Assembly: GCF_036321535.1 (NCBI RefSeq)
Contig: NC_087437.1
Location: forward strand, 83,888,001 to 83,952,000
Direction of reading: 5' to 3'
Source: Camelus dromedarius
Taxonomy: Eukaryota
DNA length: 64,000 nt
The position numbers were made by a program, and so were the translations under genes. The notes below the pieces were generated by a model. It ran no database searches. It was not told the origin of the DNA and saw only the letters and a program-made list of their open reading frames with translations. Positions 25,690-40,027 of the stretch are shown one piece after another (within the stretch, counting starts at the first letter, position 1; every line of letters begins with the position of its first letter).

Positions 25690-28600
25690 TTAGATTTAGC
25701 TCCGTTTCTTCCTATTCAATCCCCTACCTCTTTCACAGAAGTATTTACTAACTTGAATTTTGTGTTGATCATACATCTTTGCTTAAAAAATGGGTTGTCA
25801 CACCTGTTGAGTATATAAATGATATATTGTTTAGCTTTGTATGTTTTCAAGCTTTCTACAAATATGGTAATACTGTTTGTAGTCGTCTGAGACTACATTA
25901 TGTTTCTAATGTTTATGATATTGTGGCATTACATTTGTTCATCATGTTCATTTGTACATTATGCTCATGTATATTCGTACATAATGTTCATTTATTTTCA
26001 CTAATATACATTACTTGTTTCAATATACAATTTATTTACATCTCCTGAAAACAGAAATTTGGATTTATTTTTTGAACAATGATTCTTAAACATCCTAGGG
26101 AATTTTCTTGACCACATACGTAAGATTTTTAGGGTATACACAGCAGAAAAATTGCTGAGTCACTGGATATGAGAATGTAAAACCTGATAAAATTATTTTC
26201 CAAAATGATTTACCAATTTACACTGCAAATGTAAGAGTTCCTATTGCTCTATATCATCTCCAATTTTTAGAAATGTCAGATTTCTTAATTTTTGTAATCA
26301 ATATGTGTAAAATTTTATCTCATTGCAGTCTTAATTCACATTTTTCTTATTACTAATAAAGTTGAGCATCTTTTCTTATACAGGTTGACATTTTCTACCG
26401 GGTTGTTCTTTTTCTTGTTTTGCAGGATTTCTTTATGTATTTTGGACAATTGTATACATGGCAGCTATTTTCTCCTAGTTTGTGGCTTATCTTTATACAG
26501 TCTTAATAGGATCTTTTGAAAGAATGAGTTCTCAAAATGAATGTAATCAAAGTTACTGTTTTCTTTTATGCAAGGATTTGCATCTCATTTATGAAATCTT
26601 TCCCTTACTCAAGGTGCAAAAGATATTATTCCATACTTTTCTTTTAAAATGTAAAAAGCTTTTCCCATCACATTTATGTCCTTAAAATATTTAAACTTGA
26701 TTTTCATAAATGATTTGAGGTAAGGATCCATTTTCTTTTTCTTTTTTTCTTTTATTCCATTATAGATTGCCTGGCACCAGGAAATGAATAAGACATAATA
26801 AGATACACTTTTCCTACTGATCTGCAATCCACCAATATCATATGTTTAAGGTCCACATGTGTGTAGGTCAGTTTCTAGGTTCTTTATTATGACACATTGG
26901 TCAAGATGTTTCATTCACAGCAATATCACTCAGCCTTAATGACTATACTTTGGAGTAATTCTTCATATTCGTCAAGGCATGGAACCCTGACTTAATTTCA
27001 TCAGCAATGTCATGCTCATTCTGTCCTCCCTTTTTCTTCTTTGCTATATCAATTTAGAATCAGTCTGTCAATTTCTACAAAAAAAACTTGCTGGAATTTT
27101 TATTAGAATTGCACCAAGTCTACATATCATTTGGGGGAAAAGCAACCTCTTTTTGATAATCTCTCTTATCTTTGAACGTCAACTCTCCATTTATTTGAGT
27201 GTTTTTAAATGTCTTTCTATAAAGTTTTAAAACTTTTGCATATACTGAAAAATATTTTAGATTTATTCCCAAATATTTTACAGATGATGTTGCTATTGTA
27301 ATGTAATTCCTTTAAAAACTGTATCTTCTTTTTGCTACTGGTATGCAGAAATATAATTGAAGCCAGGCACCCTGCTACAATCTTATTATTTAAACAATGT
27401 GTATGTAAATTTGGTGAGAATTTCATATTGTGTGGGATAATGTGAATTTTCTTTTTACAATTCATATGATTTTATTTATTATTTTATCTTTATCTATTGA
27501 AATGGCTACATCCTACACTATTTATTAGAAGCAATATTAATAGGCATTTTATATAGTTCCCATGTTTAGGAGATTTAGTTTTAACATTTCCTCATGAAGA
27601 AGTATATTTGCTTGATTTTAATCACCTTAAGGAATTTATATTCTTATTTCTCTAAGAATTATACTCAAGAATAAATATTAGATATCTAATGCCTTTTCTG
27701 CATCCAGAGAGAGCTTTCTCCCTTAATCTACTAACATGGTAAATTGCATTTATAAATTATCTACTGTTAACACCATCATGCATTTCTGAAATAAATTAGT
27801 CATTTTTTTGGTTTTCTACTTTTATAATCTGCTAGATTATTTGGTTAATATTTAGTCTACAATTTTGTATCTATGTTTTTTCTCAGTGAGATTTGCCTGC
27901 AGTTATTATTTCTTCTGCTCTCCTATCTCAGTTAGGCGTTTATTCTGGTGATATAGAATAACTTTCAGATAATTCTCTTTTGTTTTCTGTTCTTAGGAAG
28001 TGTTTACATATTTTTGGAATAATGTGTTTCTTGATAGTTTGGTAAAATGGCATTTAAAACCATCTAAAGCCAGAAACTCTTAATTTTAGAACAAGTTTTA
28101 TCCCGTTTCAAATTTATAGATAAACAACTATTTAAATAGTTATTCAAGTTATCTATTGCTCCTTGGGTCAAATTTAGTAAATGACATTTTAATGAAATTT
28201 TTGTTTTTGTTCAATGCAAGGTTTCACATTTATTTGCATAAAAAGCTGACCGTAGTAAATTCATTATCTTTTCAGTCTCCTACAATATTTGTTATTCTAC
28301 CCCCATTATTATTATCATTGATTTTTAGATCCTATTTCTTTCGTTTTGATCATCCTATCTAAATTTTATATAATTGATCATCTTTTCAACTTTTGGTCTG
28401 TTCATCTCTATTGTATCTTTGTTTCCTTTATTTCTATTTCTGCTCTTGTAATTATTTCTTTCCTTCCACTTTCCTTGGATTTATTCTTTTTTCCCTTTTG
28501 CTAAATTTATAAGTAGAATACTTAGAGGTTTACTTTTTAAATTTTATTATTTTATAATATGAGAACTTCTTTCCACTAATGAACACATTTCCATTTATGA

Positions 28601-29720
28601 ACTGCTTTCCCATAAAGAAATTTATGATTTCTTTTTTGACTCATGTATGCTATTTTTATCCAGTATTTGAGTTCTCTTCTTGAAATATTATTATTTCATA
28701 CAGGTAATGTTTGTTCAGATTTATGTATATGCTTACTATTTAATTTATTCACTTCTTGCTTCTTACACTATTCTTTTGAAATCATTTTCCTTCTTACTAT
28801 CCCTTAGGATTTCCTTTAGGTAGGCCTTTTAGTGACAAACTCTTTTTATTTATCTCTAAAAGTCGTATTTTACCTTTGTTCTCAGATGATTCTGGGTTGA
28901 TAAATGTTTTCTATCAAAACTTTGAAGGAAGTATTCTTAAATTTTCTGTTTTCTGTTGTGCTAAGAAGTCTGCTTTAATTCTAACTATTGTTCCTTTGTC
29001 AATTGTTCCTTAGTCTATATGTTTAACTAACTTTAAAACTGCCCCCTTTTTCTGTATCTCTTTTATATTCTGCAATTCTACTATACAATTCATGCATTCT
29101 ATACATCTAGAAACATGAGTTCTTATTTTTCCTATTTTGGATATGTCATGCTTTGTGGATTCACTGGTTCTAGAAAATTTACAGCCATAATTCATGTATT
29201 ACACACTCTCCATTCATTCAGTTTGTTCTTTCTTCAAATCCAGCTCAGAGTATATTAGATATTGTTATTCTATCTTCCACATCTCTTTATTTTTCTTTTA
29301 TATTTTCCTTCTACTTGTCTCTTTGTTTTGCTTTCTGGGCAATATTTTCATATATATCTTCAAGTTTACTAAATGTCTCTATTTATTATTTATCATATGT
29401 GTAAAGATACATAATGTGTAACTTTTTAAGCCATTGGTTGCATTTTTTCTTACAATATTTATATTTTTTCATTTTAGAAGTTCTATTTTCCCCCAATCTG
29501 CCTATTCTTCTTGTCTTTTTCTCACTTTCATGATTGCATTTGTTATTTTTTTAACATTCCATATATAGCTGTTCTATGTATGATTCTTTAACATATGCAG
29601 TCCTTGGGATTCTAAATCTGTTGCTGATTGTTTCTGCTGATTCATTCATGTCTTGCTTTTTCCTGTGCTTGGTGTTATTTGATTGTGATATTATTGCCTG
29701 ATCATAATTTGTGGTGTCTT
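25690..29720 (-). mobile_element. Old, degraded LINE-1 (L1M/L1ME-like), several fragments
   Basis: Long T-rich tract with antisense L1 motifs (aaaattgctgagtca, ttaccaatttacact, tgaggtaaggatcca, ttgctggaatttttattagaattgca, gccttttctgcatc). Confidence 0.65.
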
Positions 29721-30893
29721 TGAGTCCTAAATTTTGAAAGCTCTTCTCCAGAAAGAATTTACTTGTACATCTGTGAGTAGCCAGATGGCATCACTTTAGT
29801 TTCTCTTGAGCTAGCTTAAGACTGGAGACCCAGGATCTATTCCCCGTTTTAGCTGGTGGTCCAATACTTTCATCCTGATAGTGATGCTTTCAGACCATCT
29901 ACTCTCAGACAAAGTCCACTGCACGAGAATGACAGCTGTTTCTCCTCCATTCTCTCTCTTGCTCTCTTATTGGACAGGGAAAGGTGAGTCCTTGAAACTT
30001 TCTTTTAGCTTTTGCAAGATAAAAATTACTGTCAAGAGTATGTCTTACTCATCCCTTCTTATCTTGCAAAGAAAGATCCTTTCAGAATACCTACTCTGGC
30101 ATCATTCTAAAAGCCAATAAACCACTTTCTACCAAGCTATGTGACATGGCACTTTTTTTTTTCAATTAAAATAAACATAGGAGAAAATAAAATGGAAGTT
30201 TAAGAGTGACAAATCATCATTAGTACAATCACTTATTCCTCAATTTTTATTTAATTATTACACTAAGTTTATCAAAGTACTGGTTGCTGGAGATGCAAAG
30301 ATGCACCAGATACGATCCCCAAAGGACTCATAACCTAACATAGTCATAGAAACGTCTGCAGAACTTACAATTCCCTTTTGTCCCTACAGAATCTTCTTCA
30401 CATAGTAATTGACATATATGCTTAAAATAAAGTTATAATTGTTTTAAATATACATTTAATCATGGCATACATTTCCTTAAATACTTTCTATTTTGAAATA
30501 ATGTAATATTTTGTTTTGGACTCATTCCATGCTAAATATTTTGGGAAATTAAATTTATGAATCAAATGCACTATTATTATGATTGCAAACATTTTAAAGA
30601 AAGACATTTTTAAATACCTCTTTTTGAGCATTTAGAAAGGAACATAAGTGAATAAGAGCTATAAAACTGATTTCTTTCCTAAGGGTAAAAAATCACTGAA
30701 AGTTAATATGGTATTAATGAAAGACATGAAAATATTCTATAATCATGAAAGGCAAAAAGTTTTTAGTGAGAGTTAATAATACCTTAAGCATATTTAACCA
30801 AAGGACTATTTAAAATTTTAAATGTCATCTTTAACATAAAGCTGTAGTGCTAAACATCACACATGTTGTTGTTCAATGGATATCCGTAGAATC

Positions 30894-30975
30894 AGGGGAG
30901 GAAGGAAGAAAGGAAGGAAGAAAGGAGGGAAGAAAGGAGAGGATGACAGAAGGAAAGAAAGAAAGGGAGGGAAGA
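30894..30975. repeat. Polypurine (GGAA/GAAA)-type low-complexity repeat
   Basis: ggggaggaaggaagaaaggaaggaagaaaggagggaagaaaggag... Confidence 0.85.
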
Positions 30976-33900
30976 TGTGTTTAGCTTTCTCCTGCACACT
31001 TTCAATCTCATCTCCCCTTCCTCATTTAGTATACTCAAGCCATAGTAAATTGTCTCCTTGTTGAACTTGCCAGATTCCTTGAATTTCTTTTTTGTCCTGG
31101 GTTTTGACACAAGTGTTCCCTTTGCCTGGAATGTTCCTCTCTTCTCATTTTGCCACAATTGTTAATGTTAAAATATCTCCCCATTCTGGGTTAATCCCTA
31201 AGACAAAAATGAAAATCTTTGATCTCTTTAATTATTTAAAGTTGTATCCATAAAGGATTTTTATTACAGAGATTCATTTAACTCTAAATTTGAATGTAAC
31301 TTTAGACTGCAAAAGAGTCTTAAATTTAATTTTCAGTAGACAGCTTGACATAAAGGAAAGAATTCTGGATTTGCTGACAGATAGCAAAAATGTGTAGCTA
31401 AGAACCTGGTACATAATGGGTATCTAACATATTTTAGTTCCTTCCTTCTCTTCTTGTATTTGCTCTTCACTTTTTCCTGTATTAAAACAAAATATTAATA
31501 CAGGGTAAAGTGTTCATTTGTAAGAATAAAAAGGAGTAAGTATTTTAGATTTTTGTCTTCCACAGGTTATAGTACTAGGCCAAAAATTGGGTTCAGAATG
31601 TCAGGTTATTAAGTAAAATTGAGAAATATATTTTATTTTTGACAACAAACAATATAATGCTAAAGTTAGAAAAACAGATTTTCCCTCAAACAATACTCAA
31701 GTAGGAAAACACAATTGCTTTTTAAAATAAAGGCTATTGAATAAATCAGTAGACAATAACTTCAACTGATGTTTTTGAAGACAGAATACAGGCATATTAT
31801 TGAATTTCAATTGATTGGAGAAATTTTTTTCAAGAAGCTTAGATAATGTATTGCAGACACATTTTTTTTGGATCTTCTAATTTAATAATGGGATAGAAAT
31901 CAGAGACTGCACATGAAATGTCCATTTTGTGGTCTGCTCCAAATAAATCCTTAAATGAATTTCCTACAAGCTCCAGTTCTCATTCAATTCAGACTACTTC
32001 CTTAATAAGTTCTTCTAATAAAACCAAGAAAAATACTTCCTGTCTGCAAACTTTGTCAAAAATCCAGTAGAATTTTTTTCAAACCAAAGGATCTATATAT
32101 GATCAAGTTAGTAACCATTACACAGGACCAGTTTGAGTTTGTTTTGGTCCTTTCACAAATTCACATCCTAACCTCAACAATATCATGTCTGAAATATTTT
32201 ATACCATTTTATACAGTTTGTCTTCATTTCAAATTTTGCCTTCAGCTATATTTTCTTCTAGAAAATTTTACAAGCTTCAAGGTATCAAAGGAATAGATAA
32301 GACAGAACTAAAAACACCACTCACATCTGGAGACTAACTGATATTGGATGATTATAATCGGACACTCATGCACTAATATTAAGAGAAGTAGAATGTGATA
32401 AGTTCAAAAACAAAAAAAAAGGTGATAAATGCAGATGCTCCTATCAGCTTCGCCTTGCCTTAGATTACATACAGACAGCTTATTTCCAGTGACTATTTAA
32501 ACTGTTTTCTCCTGTAATTTTTCAGTGACAGCAACATCATCATACATTGTTTGCTTCATTTTATGAGAATCAAAGTTTGCATGACTAACATTGCTAACTG
32601 GAGAGGATTTTGAGTAAACTTTTTAGAGCAAAGCCACCTGGAGCACTCCATTTTCCCCAGAGAGACTCTTCTGTTCTGCAAGAAAGACAATCAGGAAATT
32701 CTCTCCAGACCATTTTAATATGAAATACAAAAGCTTAGAAATCCCCTCTAAATAATTGAAGGAAACCATTAGGAGTACAGCCAGCCAGTCTCTTAATGGA
32801 GAGGTCATGAGAGACAGTAGGCATAGAACCTCTCTGAAAAGTCCCAGGAACATTTGGTGGTTTATAATTGATTTTTCTGGGCAGATTTCCTTTTTTTTTC
32901 AAGTAGTAATTATATCAGTATCATTAATAATGGCTGCTGCAAGGGGCCTTGCTTTACTCTCCAAGGTAAAAATTATATCTGGTCAGAGAAGCCTCATAAT
33001 TATTTCTACTTATTTGAAGCATCACACAGACTTAGGTTTTCCGCCCCTCATTTAAGAATCTAAGATACTTAAGTCTTCCCCTGAGGAGTCAGGATAATAA
33101 TAGCAGAGCCGGGAAATGAAGCAGCTTACTACACATCACTTACTATGCGGGAAGAAGCCAAAAGAGTTTTGCTGTAATAGTTTAACTCCCAGAGCACTTT
33201 TGTAGTAATTATTTTTTTCCCTAAATTTTAAAGGTCTGATGCATATCTTGAGGATGTTAAGTATCTTTCTAAATTAAAAAAAATATGGCATTTTCTCAAA
33301 GAAATTTCTTTTTAAAGAGATGTACCGAGTAACAATTAGAAAAGACAAAGATAAATAGCAGACTTCAGGGGACTGGCTGAAGCAGGGATGCTTCAATTTT
33401 TAGCCATGCTTTTATTAAGATATTTATTTGAGTATAGGAGAGAATACAAAATTCAGGTACAAACTTCTTAAGAAATGATCTTTCTTGATTTAACTTTCCA
33501 TTTACTCACACACACACACAAACACAGATTCATGTAACTCTTTGGGCTACCTTTTCCATACTATGAGTATAACCTATTAGGTCTTCCCATGGCTCCATAT
33601 ATAACTATGCACGTAATTTGCTTATGATACTTTAACTAATATTGATTTGTGAAAAAAAGTTAAAATATTTTATTTGTTAATGACTTGAGAAGCACTATGT
33701 TGGTTCATATAATCAAGTTTAGAAATCTCTTTCATAAATTAAATTTTTAAGAATTTACACAATATTAACTATTTTCCTGTATACCTTTACTATACTGGAG
33801 TGATTATACAAGGAGAGGAGACTTCTGTTGTTTCCAAGGAGGGCTTTATCCTTTCATAAAACCAGGGGATTTTGCTTTGGTGAAATTTGGTCTGATTTAA

Positions 33901-34360
33901 CTATCAAAAATTGTTAAGGTCCTGCAAGAGTCAAAGCAGGATAAATCCTTAGTTATAACTGAATATAAGGCTAAAGTTTTGTGTAAAATTTTCTGTTTAA
34001 CATTCCTAAAGAGGAGCATGCATGTGATTGCTTACTTGGAAATGTAGTTTGGTTGTTTACTTTACTTTTATTTTACAGACAGAAAATCAACTACACAGGC
34101 TTTTAAATGACATGACTGAGTTATTTGGAAAAAAGAGATCTGCCAACTGTATGAAGTTAAGCTTTATATGTTGAATTTTGGACAGTATAGTCCAATCTTC
34201 CAGGGAAATTCTACAAAATGAAATGGCCATATCACTGAAGTCTTTAGAGTAGGTTTTAAAAACCACTGGCATTTCAAAATAGGTACATCCCTTTACCTCA
34301 CAGATAATTTTTCTGTTGAAGCCTAATTAAAGCACCAGATTCTTCCAAGAACCCTGATAC

Positions 34361-34830
34361 AGTGGCCAGCTTCCAAAATAGACCCTAATGATCCCCTCCT
34401 TCTAGCATTTACACCATTATGCAATCCCCTCCCATATTATACCAAGGTTGGACTGTGTGTCCAATAGAATATGACAGAAGTGATAGAAACTGCTAAGATT
34501 AGTTAACTAAAGACATTGCCTCTTTGGTCTTAAATGTGCATTCTCTTTTAGATGTGATCAAGTTTAGATGTGATGAGCAGCTGAAGCTTTCTGCCCATAA
34601 TCCCATGAATGAGCTTGATAAACAGCTGCCCAGCCTCAGTTAAGCTTTCAGCTGACTGCAGCCCACAACAGCTTGGCTGCAATCCTATGGGAAACCTTGA
34701 GATAGAACCACCCAGCTAAGCCACTCTTAGATTCCTGGTTCTCAGAGATTTTGTGAGATGATACCTATTCATTGTTCAAAACTACTAAGTTTGGGGATAA
34801 TTTGTTATGTGGCAATAGAGAACTAGTGCA
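34361..34830 (+). mobile_element. MaLR LTR (MLT1-type)
   Basis: gtggccagcttccaaaatagaccctaatgatcc start and ctaagtttggggataatttgttatgtggcaatagagaact end. Confidence 0.75.
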
Positions 34831-37800
34831 TTTGATCTGTAGTTGAGGTTAATGTTCAGTATCTTTTCCTGTAAGGGAAGCCTCTGAGACAAGAGAGAAT
34901 GTTAGAAGAGGACTGGCCTTGCATTCAGGACACCTCTATTGGGCTCTTGGCCAGTGTCACACAAGCTGCAATTATTCTGGGTCTAACTTCCTAATATATT
35001 TCAGAGAGTTAAATTAAAGCTGTCCTAATGGCCATTCATATTTTTAAATTCTGTAACACTAAGAGGGTTCTCATGGTCTCTGTTTGGGAATCTCTCTGTA
35101 AATGAAATGTTTAATTATTTACCACAGCATTGTCTACTTTTCGATATATTTTCTCTACTTCTATATTTGTCTCTATTTTCACAAATGATTAATAATTAGA
35201 GAGAAAAGATTGCTAATGCCAAGATAGTAAATGAGGGAAAGAAAATGTTTGGCTGCTGTGTATCCTTGTATGATCTACTCTGGCCTTTAAAGAGTATGAA
35301 GAAAGAAAAAAATGAAACCTTGAGGGAAGATGTGAAAAGGTGGACACATCAGAGTAATTTTCCATAACTACAGAGTGATGAAATAAATCTGCCAAACTAA
35401 ATAGAATATCGTGCTTCATGAATTATTCTCATATATAAAAAACTTGTCTTAAACAGAAGAGAATCTTGTTTCAAAGCAAAATATAGTCTGCATTGTCATC
35501 AATATATCTAATATGTACTTGGAGAATACAATAATAATGAAACTATTTTTCCTTGTTTATGGCCACACTACTGTACATTCATGTCTAATTGGGGAGGAAA
35601 AAACCTTCTGGTATCTTATTTAATGTCAAATGTTTTACAGTTCATAAACTATGTAAATCATAATTTAAGACATCAATTTTGTAATTTCCAAATTAGAATG
35701 TTAATGCTTATACTAAAACTTCTTCAGTGACAATAAAATAATATTATGGGATGGTATCAATTGGTTAATATTGACGTAGATGGTAGTTTTTAAGTGTAGG
35801 AACTGGTTCTATACTGTGGTTTACACGTTAGTTACTATCTTTACCATTTACCCCTGCCATTTGATCTATAGACTAGAATAATCCTTTTGATAATTATGCT
35901 TGTAGTTTGGGTAAGATGGTATTCTGTTTGGGTGAAAAAAATTTAAAGGTCTTACTGTGCATGGACTAGTACCATCTTAAAACCAACTGATACTAATATA
36001 GAAATTAATACCAATTTTAGTAGGTTCTATGTATTGAATGCTTACTCTTTCCTAGTAGCAAATGAAATGATTTACATTTAAAAGTCTCATTTAATATCTT
36101 CCTCATAATAGCTTATGTGGTTGTTATCATTCCTCTCCCAAGAGACAAGGAAATTAAGTCTTAGCGAAATAAATCTAGTTGCCTATGATCACACAGCTAC
36201 CTGGTATCAAAGCCTGAGTTCTAACACAGGTCTCTCAAAATCCACTATGACTAGAGTATGTATTACTTCCTTTGATTCTCAAGGATCTAGAAAAGAGTTT
36301 AAAAATAATATAATAAGGCCATTTTCAATTTGGTTGATAAAAATTAAAGCAAAGAGAAGTTTACAAGCTTGTCCAAGGTCTATAACTAGTTAGAGACAGA
36401 GCTGATAGAACTATCCAGTTCAGTTTTGTTTCAACTATTTTATGATTTTTAAATTACAGTATATTTTTGTTCTTATGTGGAAAATATTTTATTTCAGAAA
36501 TACCAATGTGAATTGACTAAAAAGCCACCAAAAGTTAAAAAACCAATAGAAGAAAAATAAAATAAGCAATGAATAGTCCAGTCACTTAGAATGTTCCATC
36601 AATATCTAAATATATTTATATCACAGGTTCTTATTAAGTTGCCAGTTGGAGGTTAAAATCTAAATGGTAATCATGAATTAGCTAGCAGCTAATTAACTTG
36701 TATTAAAATGAATTAATGCAGGTAAAGTATACTTAGTAAACTACTATTTGTTAATAATATTTTCGTTTTCCCATAATCCAATTTAGGTATTAACACAAAG
36801 ATTTTGTTCTCTACTTTCATTCATGATTGGAAAAGTAGTCTTAAGGATTAGAAATGTGCAAACATTTTACCTTCCAACTCATTTTTATTTTTCTAATTTA
36901 TCCAACAAAATAAAATCTTGCTCCAAAAAAACAGGTGTCCTAACTCTGGGTACACTATATCTTGAATGTTAGACATTCCTTCCAGCATTAAAAAAAAAAC
37001 AAACTGCAAATCAAGTCAGGCAGCAAGGGAACAGAGCAGCTTACATATTTCTGAAATAAAAAGGTTTAATTTTCTTTATAATCTTACAATATTTTGAAAT
37101 CTATGGAGTCTAATAAAAACCACGTTTAAAAACATGCAGTTTAAAAATATATACACACCTTTCACTAAAGTATTTATTAGAGTGAATTATCCAGGGAGGA
37201 AATCCCACCAAATTCCTGATTTGAATACCAAGAAAAATTGCTAATTCCACCTTACCCTGTGAATGGTTCATATTTTCTCTATTAGCATTTCCAAATAAAT
37301 CCCTGGAGGAAAATGGAGCCAAATAATGCACTCTGTAAACAGCCACCTTGTATTTTATACGAAATCTCTCAAGGTAACTTCACATGATTTTTCATACAAT
37401 TACAGGCTTCAAAACCTTCAGAAGAAATAAATGCATTTTTGTTTAATTTATTGATTTTTCTCATTAAGTTCATGATGAAAAAAGCAGCAATACGGTATTA
37501 GAAGAGAAGAAGCAAATTTATGAATTGGTAATTATGTTTCTACTTCTAGCCCCAAAATGTAATTGTTTAAAGAATAGACAAAGATATGATTGTATTTGCA
37601 TCTGCATTTAAAAATGAGCAAATATTACATTTCTCCCCAGGGAGTATGACTCAGTCACCACTTTAATAAGGCCAGTGATCAAGGGGAAACTTGCTAAGGG
37701 TTAGATAATATACTCTAACTAGAGTTGTAGCTCTTAGCTTGAAACTTATATTCGAAAATCTGGCAAGACTTACCCACAGGCATGATATAATAGTATTTAC

Positions 37801-38316
37801 CCTTTCATCATTTTAGGATAGAAAGTTAGATGTTTGACTTGTATATCTGGTTTTCTAAAATAATAACATTATATTCACATTTTTGGTTAATGGAAGAGAG
37901 GTTCTTTGAAGGCTGACTAAATGCAGTCTGAATTCATAGCAATGTCACACTCAAATAATCAGTGCCTGTCTGTGAGATTTGTTTGTCTGACTGTCACCAA
38001 ACTAGACCTGAAACTTAGAGGAAGTTTGAATTTGTGTCCTTGTTACTCCCCAGAAGAAATTTTCTGAAGGAATGAAACTATAATAGAAAAATACCAATTT
38101 TGCATACTCCAAGGCTATCTTGATTCAGGTGGGCATTAACCCAAATGCTTTCCTAGAATAGTTTCAGTATTCCTTCCCACCACCTCCCCCTACTTAAAGG
38201 GACATTTGTGATCCTCTCATAATTTGATATTGTGGATTCTATAACCTCTACTCCCAGCTACATGTTACACTGCAATATTTCTTCTCTCCAAATGTAGTAG
38301 AGAATAACCTTTGTTT

Positions 38317-38609
38317 TGTTAGAGGTTTACAGGGACACCATGACCTAGCCCAGGGGGATGGCTGCAAGAACAAAGAATGCCTGCAGCAAGAAGATTACAA
38401 CAATCAACCACACCTCCTCCCTTATTTTTTGTATGAAAGGAACCTGTATTCTGACTAGAGCAGGATGGTTCTCCAAGACATTAGTCTGCCATCCTCTCGG
38501 TCTGCCGGCTTTCTGAATAAAGTTGCTATTCCCTGCCCCAACACAGCTCATCTCTGGATTTATTGGCCTGTCGTGTGGCGAGCAGAACGAGTTTGGACTC
38601 AGCAATACA
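38317..38609 (+). mobile_element. Short ERV1-like solo LTR
   Basis: tgtt start, GC/CpG-richer than flanks, aataaa near 38516, typical end tttattggcctgtcgtgtggcgagcagaacgagtttggactcagcaataca. TSD not clear. Confidence 0.65.
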
Positions 38610-39102
38610 AACAGTAACTTTTAAGAGGAGATAGAAATTTATGCGTGGCAACTAATCTTTTAAAAATAGCCTTATATTTTTCTCTTTCCTTAGAAACGCA
38701 AAACTTGTCTGTAAAATACTATAGATTTTCAAATCATTGAAGAAATTGAACTACTCGTTCATCCTTAAGATTTTTATGTACTTTCCTGTAATTTTTTAAA
38801 TATTTCATATTTTCATTGGAAACATCAAATCTCTCTTTCCTTCACTACTCTTACTCGATAATTTCTTATCACCTTGCGTAGCAAAGCAAGACACAATAAA
38901 AATACTAAGTTTATGCAATCATGGAATTTCAGAATTGGAAAAAAACCTAGTTTACTCTAATCTCATCAAAAAAAGAGATGAAGACATGGAATTCATTAAA
39001 GTGATGAAGAAGTAATTTAAGAAAAGTCTGACCAGGAACATCCAAGCAACCGATTATGACTTTAGGATGTAAAATTGAATTAAAATGTTACGGACTTTAG
39101 AG

Positions 39103-39234
39103 GGGAGGGTAGAGCTCAGTGGCAGAGCAAGTGCTTAGCATGCACAAGGTCCTGGGCTTAATCCCCAGTACCTCCATTAAATAAATTAAAAAGCCTAATA
39201 ACCTTCCCCACAACAGGAAAAAAAAAAAAAAAGG
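39103..39234 (+). mobile_element. tRNA-derived SINE (Vic-1-like, camelid)
   Basis: gggagggtagagctcagtggcagagcaagtgcttagcatgcacaaggtcctgggcttaatccccagtacctcc followed by poly(A). Perfect flanking direct repeat ttaaaatgttacggactttagag at 39080-39102 and 39235-39257. Confidence 0.92.
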
Positions 39235-39566
39235 TTAAAATGTTACGGACTTTAGAGCTGACTGAAACATACCAAGTTGGCAGAAGTGTGATTAATGTGC
39301 AGCCTTAAGTAGAATTACAAGATCAGAGCTAAGATAGGACTTTTGGTGACTACATATCACCAAAAGAACCCCAGGCCCTCTGAGCACACTGAAGAGGGTA
39401 TGGATTTCTTTTCCTTGGAAACCAAAATATAAACTTTGATATTCGTTATGAAGGAAGATTAATAAAATGGCCGCACTTAGGTTACCAGATTGCTTATTCT
39501 TATGCTTGTCCTTAAAACGGTCAACTGATCTGAATGATTGGTTTTTACTCATAGTTCCAGGCCCAT

Positions 39567-40027
39567 TGTTAAAACTAAATCTATTGATCTTACTGTTTCT
39601 ACTTTATTTCAGTAATCAAAAGCTATAATCATGCTTGGTCTCTGAGCTGATCTCCAGGGAGAAGGTCACAGGACTTTAACCTTACAAAATAGCCTGAATT
39701 ACCAAGAAGACCACACCTTGGGTGCTTATAAGATAGACTGAAAGAGTGACAACCGATAGCCTCTATAGAATTGGTTGCCTGGAGGCATCATGACGCCACT
39801 CTAAGTCTTCTGATGAGAAAATGATTCTGTTGATTGTTATAGGGGCTTTATTGTTTGAGCTAGGGCTATATAACCACCCCATCCCATCTCCAAAGTGGGT
39901 TCGCAGTCCTGCTGTGAGTCCCCTTTGCCCGTCAAAGCAATAAAGTTGCCTCTTTCTTTCTAAGCTCCAAGACCTTGTCTCTGGGTTACTTGGCTCATCA
40001 GGGATGGGGGCCGATCTTTCAGCAACA
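39567..40027 (+). mobile_element. ERV-like solo LTR
   Basis: tgtt...aaca termini, tatataa box near 39867, caataaag near 39938. Boundaries approximate. Confidence 0.55.

Noticed and set aside
39103..39175. tRNA-like sequence (also 55341-55415) as tRNA genes
   Set aside because: Followed by A-rich tails and flanked by TSDs, so SINEs rather than functional tRNAs.
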